Below, one piece after another: positions 17,190-27,141 of a stretch of 64,000 nucleotides of DNA. Source of the stretch: Lentisphaerota bacterium (GTDB lineage Bacteria; Verrucomicrobiota; Lentisphaeria; Victivallales; GWF2-38-69); NCBI GenBank assembly GCA_037127655.1, contig JBAXXY010000001.1:26192-90191 (forward strand). The letters run 5' to 3'. The notes beneath the pieces are model-generated. The model was not told the origin of the DNA. It worked only from the letters and a program-made list of their open reading frames with translations, and did not search any database. Each line of letters starts with the position of its first letter. Position 1 is the stretch's first letter. The translations under genes were made by a program, and so were the position numbers.

Positions 17190-18137
17190 TTAAAGCACAG
17201 TTTTAAAGTAGTTAATAGTCATTTCCAGACCGCGCCTAAGCTCTACTGTGGGTTCCCATTTAAGAACATCTTTTGCTATTGTTATGTCTGGTCTTCTCTG
17301 CACAGGATCATCTTTCGGAAGCTCTTTGTGAACTAACTTAGATTTAGAGTCGGTAAGTTGGATAACAAGTTTGGCAAGCTCCAACATTGTGAATTCTACA
17401 GGGTTTCCAAGATTAACAGGACCAAAAAAGTCTTTAGGAGTCTGCATCATGGATATAATGCCATTTATAAGGTCGTCAACATAGCAAAAACTTCTGGTCT
17501 GCTTTCCATTCCCGTAAATTGTGATGTCTTTGTCTGTCAGAGCCTGAACTATAAAATTGCTTACGACTCTGCCATCATTCTGAGCCATTCGAGGGCCGTA
17601 AGTATTAAATATCCTGACTACTTTGGCATTAAGGCCCAATTGCCTTCTATGATCGTAGAAAAGTGTTTCTGCCGCTCTCTTACCCTCGTCATAGCAGCTC
17701 CTGGGACCAATCGGATTGACATTGCCCCAATATGACTCCACCTGCGGATGAACCGTCGGATCGCCATATACTTCAGAAGTAGAAGCCTGAAGTATCGGAA
17801 TATTGAGTCTTTTGGCAAGGCCAAGCATATTGTTTGCTCCAAGCACGCTGGTCTTAATAGTTTGAATTGGGTCATGCTGGTAATGAATCGGTGATGCAGG
17901 ACATGCAAGATTATAAATTTCATCGACTTCTAGATAGAGAGGCCATGTAATATCATGCCTTAAAAGTTCAAAATTAGGGTGAGGAAGCAAGTGCCTTATA
18001 TTATTTTTGTTCCCTGTAAAGAAATTGTCAACACAGATAACATCATTGCCTCTCTGGATCAAACGATCACAGAGATGCGAACCCAAAAAACCTCCGCCGC
18101 CTGTAACTAGAACTGTCTTATTTGAAGTCTTTGTCAT
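17190..18137 (-). CDS. UDP-glucuronate decarboxylase (UXS-type extended SDR)
   Basis: [48 protein letters not shown] and YDEGKR (YxxxK). This is a very typical UXS sequence. Confidence 0.9.
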   Translation of the reverse strand: MTKTSNKTVLVTGGGGFLGSHLCDRLIQRGNDVICVDNFFTGNKNNIRHLLPHPNFELLRHDITWPLYLEVDEIYNLACPASPIHYQHDPIQTIKTSVLGANNMLGLAKRLNIPILQASTSEVYGDPTVHPQVESYWGNVNPIGPRSCYDEGKRAAETLFYDHRRQLGLNAKVVRIFNTYGPRMAQNDGRVVSNFIVQALTDKDITIYGNGKQTRSFCYVDDLINGIISMMQTPKDFFGPVNLGNPVEFTMLELAKLVIQLTDSKSKLVHKELPKDDPVQRRPDITIAKDVLKWEPTVELRRGLEMTINYFKTVL

Positions 18138-18317
18138 TTGTAGTTTAACCTATTTAGAAATATTTAAGCCAATTGGTTTCATTCTAGGCAGGAACGGTAC
18201 AAATATCAACTTTTCAAAATTAAATTTTTGCTTCCCATTGTTTATACTTGGATGCTAAAATACAATGTTTAATTAATAAAAGAGTAATTTTCAACAAACA
18301 CAAAGGAAAGAGAGCTT

Positions 18318-19604
18318 ATGATAAAGAAAAAAATGTTAACATCAACTCTATTGGCATTCCTGGTTTCCGCTACGGCTTTAACAGCGGACTCAACTATCAG
18401 TTTTGTGGTTCAACAAGAGCCAATGACTGACAACTGGCTAAAAAGCGTCATCAAAGACTACGAAGCAAAGTACCCGGGCAGAAAAGTAAAACTCAACATA
18501 ATAGGCGGCGCACAGTCTGACTATTACACCAAGACATCACTTATGATGAAGAGCGGCACAGCTGTTGACGCTCTCTACGAAGATAGTTTCATGCTCAAAA
18601 GCGATGTAAATGCAGGAATACTCGCTCCGATAAATGTCTCAACCTGGAATGACTGGCAAAACTTTTACCCTAGCGTAAGAGAATCAGCCACAATTGATGG
18701 CAAAGTTTACGGCATTCCGCTCTCGACTGACACAAGAGGTCTCTATTATAATATAGATCTTTTCAAGAAAGCCGGAATTGAAACCCCGTGGCAGCCTAAA
18801 AACTGGAATGATATTCTTGATGCCGCAAGAAGGATCAAAGAAAAATGCCCAGGCGTATATCCTATGACCCTCAATGTCGCCGCCACCGGTGAAGCAACCA
18901 CGATGCAGACACTTGAAATGCTTCTCTACGGCACAAAAGACACTCTTTATAATGACGGAAAATGGATTGTTAAAAGCCCAGGCTTTCTAAATTCGCTCAA
19001 GTTTATTGATACTCTCTTTAAAGAAAAACTCACTCCGGAATTGCCAAGAGTAATTAATCCCCAGTACGGAAATTATATGGCTCAAAATTGGGCTCCAAAA
19101 AACCAAGTCGCAATCATCCTGGACGGGTGCTGGATAATGGGAAACTGGAAAGAAAAGTATCCAAAAGTACTCGATACATATAACTTCGTAGCTATGCCTA
19201 CAGAATTTGGGCAGGAGCCTGGATTTACATCAATGTCAGGCGGATGGCTCTTTTCAATTAATGCAAAATCAAAAAACATCGATGCCGCCGCTGAATTCAT
19301 CAAGTTTGCTATCAGTAAAGAAAACTCTTTAAAATACTCCTTGCTGACTAGCCAGTTGACTCCAAGACAGGATGTAGCAGATATGAAAGATTATCCTGAG
19401 ATTATGAGAGCGGCCACATCTTACATTAAATACACGCATTTCAGACCGGCAAATGAGCAATACCCGATGGTTTCCCCATGTATTCAGACTGCAGTGGAAT
19501 CTGTCGCCACAGGGCAGGCAACTCCTGAACAGGCTATGGATCAATATGCAAATAGTGTTAAAAGACTTCTTGGAGCAGACAGCATAAGTGAAACTTCGAA
19601 ATAA
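18318..19604 (+). CDS. Extracellular solute-binding protein (family 1, sugar ABC type), orphan
   Basis: Signal peptide MLTSTLLAFLVSATALTA. The length and the W/Y/G-rich pattern (IDGKVYGIPLSTDTRGLYYN) are typical of carbohydrate-binding SBPs. No permease or ATPase gene is adjacent. Confidence 0.8.
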   Translation: MIKKKMLTSTLLAFLVSATALTADSTISFVVQQEPMTDNWLKSVIKDYEAKYPGRKVKLNIIGGAQSDYYTKTSLMMKSGTAVDALYEDSFMLKSDVNAGILAPINVSTWNDWQNFYPSVRESATIDGKVYGIPLSTDTRGLYYNIDLFKKAGIETPWQPKNWNDILDAARRIKEKCPGVYPMTLNVAATGEATTMQTLEMLLYGTKDTLYNDGKWIVKSPGFLNSLKFIDTLFKEKLTPELPRVINPQYGNYMAQNWAPKNQVAIILDGCWIMGNWKEKYPKVLDTYNFVAMPTEFGQEPGFTSMSGGWLFSINAKSKNIDAAAEFIKFAISKENSLKYSLLTSQLTPRQDVADMKDYPEIMRAATSYIKYTHFRPANEQYPMVSPCIQTAVESVATGQATPEQAMDQYANSVKRLLGADSISETSK

Positions 19605-19638
19605 TCAGAAATAATTCGATTCTTTAATGCCGGTGCCG

Positions 19639-21555
19639 CTACTTAACTTGGATAGACAAGAATGGTGGCACCGGGCAATCCAGCATACTGCCTATTGCTC
19701 TGAGAAGTTCAGCTTCTTCGATTTTTATCTCATTATCGGCGATAATGCACGACACACACCCGTCAAAAACTAATCTCCTAATCATAGGAGAGGCTAAAGC
19801 TAGTTCAGTCAAAGCGTAGTCCAGAACTTTCAGATTACACTCAGATGCTGGTTTTATAGTTAAGTTCCCAATACTTAATTTCTCTGATGCCTTTTCAAAG
19901 ACTTCCTTAGCATCTTCAGGAGTAGAAGCGTTCCAATAAGCTAAGCATGAGAGCAGTTCTTCGCATCTTGGAATCAGAAGACAGATATCTTTGTATTTAA
20001 TAGAAGGTTCTTTGGTTTTATTAAAAAACGGATCCAGATTCCTGTAGAGTATCTTACCGACACAATATTCAAAAAGCGTGATGTTGTTATCTGCTTTGAT
20101 CAAATATTCTACTGTCTGGATAAACTCTTTATATTTCTTCAAATCCATTGTTTTTAGTGATGGAATTGCCATGTCTATCATGGGCAAGCGCAGACCTAGC
20201 CATGTTTGAGCCACACTGTCTGATAATTTAAGAGTTTCATCATAAATGTATGGTTCAACTCTTTCTTTAAGCCCAGACAATTGCAAACTCTTGGCTTCCT
20301 GAGAACCACTCAATAGCATAGCGTAAATGACAGCCATTGCTCCAAAATAGTCTCTCATTGCTTCTTTAATATTTTCAGGCATCTGAGAATGCAGAAATGA
20401 GGCATATTTAAGGTGTTCTGAAGTGAATGCTCCGACCTGCCCAACGACTTCATTGACTTTTATAGAAGACTGAGAAGCTCCCGAAAAAGAAGCAAATGAA
20501 GCATCTGAATGAATAGCAGTCTGAGAATAATGAGCATCATCAGGCAGAACTGAACCGTTTACCCGCTTTATTCTTTCTTCAAGGGGCGGGTGAGTCGCAA
20601 AAAGCCCGTCAAGAAAAGATGTAAAACTCTTGGCAAAAAACATGTGGCTCATTTCCTGCGCCCTTGGAGTTTCGAGAGTTGAACTCGATGATGCTCTGCC
20701 GATTTTCCTCAAAGCTCCGCTTATTCCTGACGGGTTACGAGTGAATTGCACAGATGAGGCGTCAGCCAGAAATTCTCTCTGGCGGGACACTGCCGCTTTA
20801 ATTATATTTGCAAAGAAAACTCCGATGTACCCTACGACCATTATAAGCAAACCAACCAAAGGCAGCGGATTTCCGCCTTTTTTCTTGCCAGACGAACTAC
20901 TGCTGCTCGAAGCAGTACAGCGCATCAGCCAATAGCCAATCATAGTGATTACCAGTATGCCGTTTAGAACTCCCATGAGCTTGATATTAAGCCTCATATC
21001 ACCGTTAAGAATATGGCTGAATTCATGAGCTATGACGCCCTGGAGTTCGTCGCGGTTCAATTGCTTCACGCATCCTCTGGTAACGCCTACTACAGCGTTC
21101 TTGTGAGAAAATCCTGCGGCAAAAGCATTTATGCCCATTTCCCTATCCATGATATAAACAGGAGGTACAGGCAAACCCGATGCAATAGCCATTTCTTCTA
21201 CGATATTGAGTATTTTCCTCTCGTCAGGATCACTAGTCCCATGTGAAATGGGCGTGCCTCCAAGCATCGAAGCTACCGTAGCTCCGCCGCCTGATGCAAG
21301 CTCAATTACTTTGTATGTGGTTCCACTTATAACAATAAATAAGGTTGCGCCCGTAACACAGAGGAAAAGTTCTAGATGCCAAAGCCTTTCAGGAATAAAT
21401 TTATGAGAACCAGTGACGCCTGCCTGGTCTCCCAAAAAGACCAATGCAAACACTGCGTAAATAGCCGCGATTATCAAAATTACAGTAATTACATAATAAA
21501 ATACCAGAAGGGTTGTGTTGCGCCTGGCTCTGTCCTGATGAGCAAAAAAATCCAT
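19639..21555 (-). CDS. M48 family zinc metallopeptidase with a ~300-aa C-terminal extension
   Basis: Two N-terminal TMs, HEFSHILNGD (HExxH), two further TMs, the distal ligand region REFLADASSVQFT, and THPPLEERI. The C-terminal third ends with IIADNEIKIEEAELLRAIG, which resembles the TerB-like ADG-x5-E-x3-L helix. Confidence 0.85.
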   Translation of the reverse strand: MDFFAHQDRARRNTTLLVFYYVITVILIIAAIYAVFALVFLGDQAGVTGSHKFIPERLWHLELFLCVTGATLFIVISGTTYKVIELASGGGATVASMLGGTPISHGTSDPDERKILNIVEEMAIASGLPVPPVYIMDREMGINAFAAGFSHKNAVVGVTRGCVKQLNRDELQGVIAHEFSHILNGDMRLNIKLMGVLNGILVITMIGYWLMRCTASSSSSSSGKKKGGNPLPLVGLLIMVVGYIGVFFANIIKAAVSRQREFLADASSVQFTRNPSGISGALRKIGRASSSSTLETPRAQEMSHMFFAKSFTSFLDGLFATHPPLEERIKRVNGSVLPDDAHYSQTAIHSDASFASFSGASQSSIKVNEVVGQVGAFTSEHLKYASFLHSQMPENIKEAMRDYFGAMAVIYAMLLSGSQEAKSLQLSGLKERVEPYIYDETLKLSDSVAQTWLGLRLPMIDMAIPSLKTMDLKKYKEFIQTVEYLIKADNNITLFEYCVGKILYRNLDPFFNKTKEPSIKYKDICLLIPRCEELLSCLAYWNASTPEDAKEVFEKASEKLSIGNLTIKPASECNLKVLDYALTELALASPMIRRLVFDGCVSCIIADNEIKIEEAELLRAIGSMLDCPVPPFLSIQVK

Positions 21556-21616
21556 AATAGCTTATGTGTAAGTTAGTTAATATTAGACAAGAGTATTAAA
21601 GCCTAACGCCTATAGC

Positions 21617-22201
21617 TTAAAACTTTACTTTTACTGCTTCGCGTTCTTCTTCATTTTTTATCTCAAAAAGGACAGCCTCAGTAAAGCCGAAAGGTTTTGC
21701 AATCAACAGGCTGGGAAATGTTTCACAGGCAGTGTTGTACTGCATTACAGCATCGTTATAAGCCTGTCTTGCGAAGGAAACTTTGTTTTCGGTAGAAGAG
21801 AGTTCTTCCATGAGCTGAGCGATAGTCTGATTGGCTTTCAGGTCGGGATACTGTTCGAAAACCGCCAGAAGTTTATTCATAGCTCCAGAGAGAACGCCTT
21901 CAGTTCCAATTAATTCTTTTATTTTGGACGAATCGTTTGGATTGGTGGCGGCATTATTGTTGGCAGTGATGGCCTGATTGCGGGCTTTTACGACATTTTC
22001 TAAAGTCTCTTTTTCATGCTTAAGATAAGCTTTGGCTGTTTCGACCAGATTCGGAATGAGGTCGTAGCGACGCTTTAACTGAACATCAATCTGAGCAAAA
22101 CCATTCTTCCATCTGTTCCTGAGCGCGACAAGTTTGTTGTAAATGGATACAAAAAGAAGGATGATGATTACGATTACTACGAGAATTATTATCAGGGTCA
22201 T
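21617..22201 (-). CDS. lemA: LemA family protein
   Basis: TM MTLIIILVVIVIIILLFV followed by YNKLVALRN, VQLKRRYDLIPNLVETAK, YPDLKANQ and RQAYNDAVMQYN. The start was re-set to the ATG at 22201, preceded by AGGAGAG; the track's upstream 29 codons look non-coding. Confidence 0.85.
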   Translation of the reverse strand: MTLIIILVVIVIIILLFVSIYNKLVALRNRWKNGFAQIDVQLKRRYDLIPNLVETAKAYLKHEKETLENVVKARNQAITANNNAATNPNDSSKIKELIGTEGVLSGAMNKLLAVFEQYPDLKANQTIAQLMEELSSTENKVSFARQAYNDAVMQYNTACETFPSLLIAKPFGFTEAVLFEIKNEEEREAVKVKF

Positions 22202-22362
22202 TTTAGCTCTCCTATTTTTATAGTTTAGTTGAAAAACATACCAATATAATAAATAGCCGAAAAAATAAGTCTTGACAAGAGCATGCACGAGGGAATGATT
22301 AAAACCTATGAAAATGACTCAAACTACAAAAAAATATAGTTAACTTGAAATTACTTTTCTAG

Positions 22363-22390
22363 TTGACTTTAAGAGTTAAATATTTAGAAT
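22363..22390 (+). promoter_or_regulatory. Candidate sigma70-type promoter for amt
   Basis: TTGACT (22363-22368), 16-nt spacer, TAGAAT (22385-22390), about 55 nt upstream of the amt ATG. Confidence 0.4.
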
Positions 22391-22443
22391 CACTCATGAT
22401 TCACAATATGCTTCTATTTTAAATCAATAAAAAGGAACTATCT

Positions 22444-23664
22444 ATGGGACAAATTAATGCGGGCGACACAGCTTTCATTCTTATCAGCGCGGCGCTGGTA
22501 TGCTTGATGACACCGGGTCTGGCTTTCTTCTACGGAGGACTTGTCAGAAGAAAAAATGTATTGACAATCATGATGCAGAACTTTATTGCAATGGGCGTAG
22601 TTACAACTATCTGGGTCATTTGCGGGTTTAGTCTTGCCTTTGGACATGGAGACGGCGTAGTAGGGAATATAACCCAGTATTTCATGCTCAATAATGTCGG
22701 GTTTATGCCCAATGCTGACCATGGAGCCACTATTCCTTTCCTTGCCTTTTTTTCTTATCAGGAAATGTTTGCTGTAATAACTCCGGCTCTAATAACAGGA
22801 GCCTTTGCAGACAGAGTGACATTTAAAAGTTATCTGGTGTTTTTAGTTTTCTGGAGTTTCCTTGTTTATATACCATTTACTCACTCTCTATGGGGCGGCG
22901 GTTTTCTTCAGAAAATGGGAGTTGTGGATTTCGCAGGAGGCATAGTAGTGCATGTGAGCGCTGGTATGGCAGCTCTGGCTTCTGTTATCTATGTAGGCAG
23001 AAGACATGTCAAGCCAGGTGAAAGCCTAGAGCCTCATAATGTTATGTATGTAGCTCTTGGTACTGGACTCTTGTGGTTCGGTTGGTTTGGCTTTAATGCC
23101 GGAAGCGCGCTTGGAGCCAATGGAATTGCGGCTCACGCATTTGTTAATACAGATATTTCCGGCTCGGTAGCAATGCTTACATGGCTGGCTATTTCATGGT
23201 TTAGAGAAGGTCGTCCTAGCCTGATCGGGGCAATGACAGGAGCAGTGGCAGGTTTGGCCGCGATAACTCCATGTGCCGGGTATGTTCCGTCATGGGCGGC
23301 ATTTATCATAGGAATATTGTCCGGGGTGGGCTGTTTCTATGCCGTTCGACTCAGAATCAGAATCGGATGGGATGATGCTCTGGATGTATGGGGAGTTCAC
23401 GGGGTAGGCGGAATATTAGGTTCGATTCTCGTGGGCGTCTTTGCATTCAAGGAAATAAATGGAGTAAGCGGTCTTCTTGACGGTAATCCTTATCAACTTT
23501 GGATCCAGATTTTCGCAGTAGTCATTACGGCTATTTATGCTTTTATAGCTACTTTGGCAATACTCTGGGTAGTTAATAAAATTGTACCGGTCCGTGTTCC
23601 TGATGATATAGAAGAACAGGGCCTTGACCAGGCTATTCTTGGAGAAACTGCCTATCGTTCTTAA
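22444..23664 (+). CDS. amt: Ammonium transporter
   Basis: DTAFILISAALV, FFYGGLVR, DFAGGIVVHVSAG, LLWFGWFGFNAGS and DVWGVHGVGGILG are the canonical Amt/MEP twin-His and Phe-gate regions. Confidence 0.95.
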   Translation: MGQINAGDTAFILISAALVCLMTPGLAFFYGGLVRRKNVLTIMMQNFIAMGVVTTIWVICGFSLAFGHGDGVVGNITQYFMLNNVGFMPNADHGATIPFLAFFSYQEMFAVITPALITGAFADRVTFKSYLVFLVFWSFLVYIPFTHSLWGGGFLQKMGVVDFAGGIVVHVSAGMAALASVIYVGRRHVKPGESLEPHNVMYVALGTGLLWFGWFGFNAGSALGANGIAAHAFVNTDISGSVAMLTWLAISWFREGRPSLIGAMTGAVAGLAAITPCAGYVPSWAAFIIGILSGVGCFYAVRLRIRIGWDDALDVWGVHGVGGILGSILVGVFAFKEINGVSGLLDGNPYQLWIQIFAVVITAIYAFIATLAILWVVNKIVPVRVPDDIEEQGLDQAILGETAYRS

Positions 23665-23670
23665 TGCTAT

Positions 23671-24540
23671 TTAAGTAGAGCCTGAGATAATATCAAAGAG
23701 CTCTTCATCTATGGAATCCTGACGAACTCTATTGAAGATGCCTCCAAGCTCTTCAAGGAGTTCGTTTATATTTTTCTCTGCTCTCTGCATGGCAGCTAAA
23801 CGAGCGGCATTTTCGCTCATCAGCGATTCCGCACATGCCTTAAAAAACGAAACGAATAGATATTCTCTTATCATGGCAAGAAAGTTTTGCTCCTTATTCC
23901 CAACAACTTCAGGAAGATTTACCGAAGGCCATTTTATTGCAGAAATATCAGATAGCCATTTGTCGTCAAGAGGGAGCAATTTCTGAACTGCAGGCTCATA
24001 AATAGAACCGTTCCCTGGTCGGTTGTGAAAAACATATAGCTGCGAATTTATATTTTTTGAACGGTACTTATCGCATTTGATAAGAATATTAGAACTTAGC
24101 GGAGTAATTGCATTTACTGACGAAGGGACATCAAATCTCCCGGCAAGTGGAATGCCGGCATCATCAAGGCGGGCGTAAATTCGTTCACCGACAGCCCAGA
24201 CATATTTATCACAGGAAAATGGTTTAAGGGTTTTGACTACGAAATCAGCAAGCGAATCATTAAACTGCCCGACAAGTCCCTGATCTGAACCAAATACAAT
24301 TACGCCAATTGAATCGGAAACTTTGTTCCTTTTTTTCTCTACTTGAGAGTTCAATATATCCCCGCCAAGGCATACGAAGAGTCCATATCTAACAGTCTGA
24401 TAATAGTCTTTCAGGGAAGCCACAGCTGTTTCGTACTGACCAATATTTGAAGCGGCCAGAATCTTCATAGTCCTAACTACTGACTCAAGTTTTCTTGCAC
24501 TGTTTATTTTTCGGCTTATAGCTCCAAGTGTTTCGCTCAT
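23671..24540 (-). CDS. atpG: N-type ATPase gamma subunit
   Basis: N-terminal RKINSARKLESVVRTMKILAAS and C-terminal AARLAAMQRAEKNINELL..RQDSIDEEL are gamma-subunit coiled-coil signatures. It is the last gene of the atpDCQRBEFAG block. Confidence 0.85.
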   Translation of the reverse strand: MSETLGAISRKINSARKLESVVRTMKILAASNIGQYETAVASLKDYYQTVRYGLFVCLGGDILNSQVEKKRNKVSDSIGVIVFGSDQGLVGQFNDSLADFVVKTLKPFSCDKYVWAVGERIYARLDDAGIPLAGRFDVPSSVNAITPLSSNILIKCDKYRSKNINSQLYVFHNRPGNGSIYEPAVQKLLPLDDKWLSDISAIKWPSVNLPEVVGNKEQNFLAMIREYLFVSFFKACAESLMSENAARLAAMQRAEKNINELLEELGGIFNRVRQDSIDEELFDIISGST

Positions 24541-26064
24541 CTAACGCTTCCTGAAGGGTTCTATTGAGTCTAGGGCAATTTGTTTAATCAAAGTCATGTC
24601 AGATTCTGTCATCGCTTCATTTGCAAGAATCCGTGCTGTAATTTCCTGTGGCATTTTTTCAGAGGTTTCGCATAAAGAGTGACCTGCTTTTCGGATGTTT
24701 TCTATCGGAACATCATCAAAAAAGTTTTCGCTTAAAGCTAGAAGAACTATTATCTGGGTTACCACGCTCATCGGATGATATATAATCTGTTTCAGGCATT
24801 CGCGAATTCGTTTGCCGTGTTCAATTATTTTTCTGGTATTAGGATCAAGGCGAGTTCCAAATCTTGAAAACGCTTCAAGTTCTTCAAACTGCGCATAAGA
24901 CAGTTTCAGACTGCCTGCCACGGAGCGATAGGCATTTAACTGAGCTTTGCCGCCGACACGAGATACAGACTTATTAACATCTACAGCGGGGAGTATCCCA
25001 AGTTCAAATAGAGTTGGAGATAGATATATCTGACCGTCAGTGATAGAAATCAGGTTTGTCGGGATATAAGCAGATATGTTTTGAGCTTCTGTTTCAATTA
25101 TAGGCAATGCTGTAAGAGAACCTCCACCAAGCTCTTTCTTAAGATGAGTCGATCGTTCCAGTAAACGCGAGTGGATGTAGAAAACATCACCTGGATAAGC
25201 TTCGCGTCCGGGTGGCCTGCGAAGAAGCAGTGAGAGTTCTCTATAAGCTCTGGCATGATGAGTTAGGTCATCATAAACTATTAGCACATCTCGTCCTTTC
25301 TCCATGAAATATTCGGCAATGCTTGTAGCAGCGTAAGGAGCAATAAACTGCAATCCGGCGGCATCATTGCCTTCAGCCACAACTATCACGCTGTAATCCA
25401 TTGCCTCTTTCTCTCTAAGTTTGGCAATCACCTGAGCAAGGGCTGAAGTTCGCTGTCCTATAACGCAATAGACGCAAATAACATCTTGTCCTTTCTGATT
25501 GATGATAGTATCAAGCGCTATGGCTGTTTTTCCTGTCTGCCTGTCTCCAAGAATCAACTCCCTTTGTCCCCGTCCTATCGGAATCATGGAATCAATGACT
25601 TTCAATCCAGTTTGAAGCGGTTTTGTGACGCCTTCCCGGTCAATAATCGGCGGTGCAGTGCGCTCAATAGGCAGTCTCTCATGAGCTATTATAGGTTTCC
25701 CACCATCAAGTGGAGTTCCAAGTGGATTTATAACTCGTCCGATCAGACTATCTCCGACTGCCACATCCATCACTCTTGAGGTTCTCTCAACTATTGATCC
25801 TGCCTGTAAACCCTGATAATCCCCAAGAAGAACTACACCCAGTTCATTTTCATCAATATCTAAAACTATACCACTCAAGCCATCAGGAAAATTCACGATT
25901 TCCTCAAGGAAAACTCCAGGCAAACCCGACACCTTTGCAATGCCATTTGAAACGCTGACGACATGTCCTATTTCGCTGACTTCCATTTGGGGCGAATAAG
26001 AGTCGCATTTCTGTGCAATATTCTCAAATGCATTATGATATGTGCTTTTAAGGTTATTAGACAT
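24541..26064 (-). CDS. atpA: N-type ATPase alpha subunit
   Basis: Walker [53 protein letters not shown] and ITDGQIYL. Confidence 0.95.
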   Translation of the reverse strand: MSNNLKSTYHNAFENIAQKCDSYSPQMEVSEIGHVVSVSNGIAKVSGLPGVFLEEIVNFPDGLSGIVLDIDENELGVVLLGDYQGLQAGSIVERTSRVMDVAVGDSLIGRVINPLGTPLDGGKPIIAHERLPIERTAPPIIDREGVTKPLQTGLKVIDSMIPIGRGQRELILGDRQTGKTAIALDTIINQKGQDVICVYCVIGQRTSALAQVIAKLREKEAMDYSVIVVAEGNDAAGLQFIAPYAATSIAEYFMEKGRDVLIVYDDLTHHARAYRELSLLLRRPPGREAYPGDVFYIHSRLLERSTHLKKELGGGSLTALPIIETEAQNISAYIPTNLISITDGQIYLSPTLFELGILPAVDVNKSVSRVGGKAQLNAYRSVAGSLKLSYAQFEELEAFSRFGTRLDPNTRKIIEHGKRIRECLKQIIYHPMSVVTQIIVLLALSENFFDDVPIENIRKAGHSLCETSEKMPQEITARILANEAMTESDMTLIKQIALDSIEPFRKR

Positions 26065-26069
26065 AAAAT

Positions 26070-26831
26070 TTAAACCTTTCCATCAATTAAATTCTCCAGG
26101 TTGTTTTCTAACTCGCTGACATACTTGGATATGCTCCAGCTTAGTTTGTAGCCTCCGACGACAAGTTCTACGCCACTGATAATATCAGGAGCTGTTTCAT
26201 ATCCAAAAGCGAGCTCTGCGGCAAGTAGATTATTAACAGCAAGCTCAATTACGGTTATACTCTGTGAAGAAAGCTTAAAAGCGCTGATGATTAAAATATC
26301 GCTGTCTGAAGAAGCAACAGCACTGATCAATTTTTCTTTCTCAATGTCTTCCAATGTATTGAGTCTCTTGATAAAGACCTGAACTATTGACTCTTCGAGA
26401 TTCGTATCAGCAAGTTCAGACAATGTTTTTCTGGCTATCGCAAAAACTTCTTCCTGGATTTCTCTGTTGATTTCCTGATTAAGGCTCTGATGTTCGACTA
26501 GAAGCGACTCCATGTATTTTGAGCGAATTGATTCAGATTCTTTTCTTAGGTCTTCAAGAAGTTTGCCTTTCTCGGCGGCAACTTCTTTAGTAACCTTAGT
26601 TTTAAGATCTTTGACTTCATTGTCAAACAAATCATTTCTGTACTGAAATTCATCCCGTTCTTTTTGAGCTTCAGCTTTCATCTTTACTCCCTCGCTAAGC
26701 TCGAAAGAAATTTTCTTTTCCCGTTCATCAAGGGCTTTGAGAATGGGCTTGTAAAGATATCGTTTCAGCAACCACACAAGAATGAGGAAGTTGATTATCT
26801 GAGCTATGACTGTAAAGGTATCAATGAGCAT
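26070..26831 (-). CDS. atpF: N-type ATPase b subunit (long form; the C-terminus resembles delta/OSCP)
   Basis: N-terminal [17 protein letters not shown], then [15 protein letters not shown] and a long charged helix. At 253 aa it is longer than the canonical b subunit. The tail [26 protein letters not shown] resembles the delta-subunit C-terminal motif. No atpH is present in the operon. Confidence 0.7.
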   Translation of the reverse strand: MLIDTFTVIAQIINFLILVWLLKRYLYKPILKALDEREKKISFELSEGVKMKAEAQKERDEFQYRNDLFDNEVKDLKTKVTKEVAAEKGKLLEDLRKESESIRSKYMESLLVEHQSLNQEINREIQEEVFAIARKTLSELADTNLEESIVQVFIKRLNTLEDIEKEKLISAVASSDSDILIISAFKLSSQSITVIELAVNNLLAAELAFGYETAPDIISGVELVVGGYKLSWSISKYVSELENNLENLIDGKV

Positions 26832-26834
26832 TTA

Positions 26835-27116
26835 TCAGCCTCCGCCAGCCTTTCCAATGAAGTGGTTCCAGAAAGGGTTGGCAAAAATCAGAATCATTGA
26901 TATGACGAAACAGTATATCGCCGTGGACTCTATCATCGCCAGACCTACAAAGAGCGTCCTTGTGACAGTAGCGGAAGAATCAGGCTGTTGCGCGATTGAT
27001 CTCAATGCTGAAGCAATCGCTATTCCTTCGCTTATCGCCGGTGTAACGCATCCGATACATGTTGTAATCCCTGAAATTACGATTGAGGCAACTGCTATAA
27101 TTGTACTGCTATCCAT
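26835..27116 (-). CDS. atpE: N-type ATPase c subunit (93 aa)
   Basis: Helical hairpin with loop AQQPD and helix-2 MIESTAIY. The start was re-set to the ATG at 27116, preceded by GGAGA at 7 nt, which removes the overlap with atpB. Confidence 0.9.
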   Translation of the reverse strand: MDSSTIIAVASIVISGITTCIGCVTPAISEGIAIASALRSIAQQPDSSATVTRTLFVGLAMIESTAIYCFVISMILIFANPFWNHFIGKAGGG

Positions 27117-27141
27117 AATACGGTCTCCTTTTTTGTGTTTA

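Noticed and set aside
19628-19676. 8-bp inverted repeat CCGGTGCC...GGCACCGG downstream of the sugar-binding protein gene
   Set aside because: The loop is about 29 nt, and the right arm lies inside the M48 coding sequence. It is unlikely to be a functional terminator.
20881-20925. Codon-level repeat (agc/gct/aag run) in the M48 gene
   Set aside because: It encodes a short poly-Ser/Lys/Gly linker (SSSSSSGKKKGG) within an intact ORF. This is low-complexity coding sequence, not a DNA repeat element.
22202-22288. 5' extension of lemA in the ORF track (MHALVKTYFFGY...)
   Set aside because: The internal ATG at 22201 has a strong AGGAGAG RBS and starts exactly at the LemA TM helix. The extension covers promoter-like AT-rich sequence. 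The atpB, atpE, atpQ, atpC and purCE track starts were trimmed for similar reasons.
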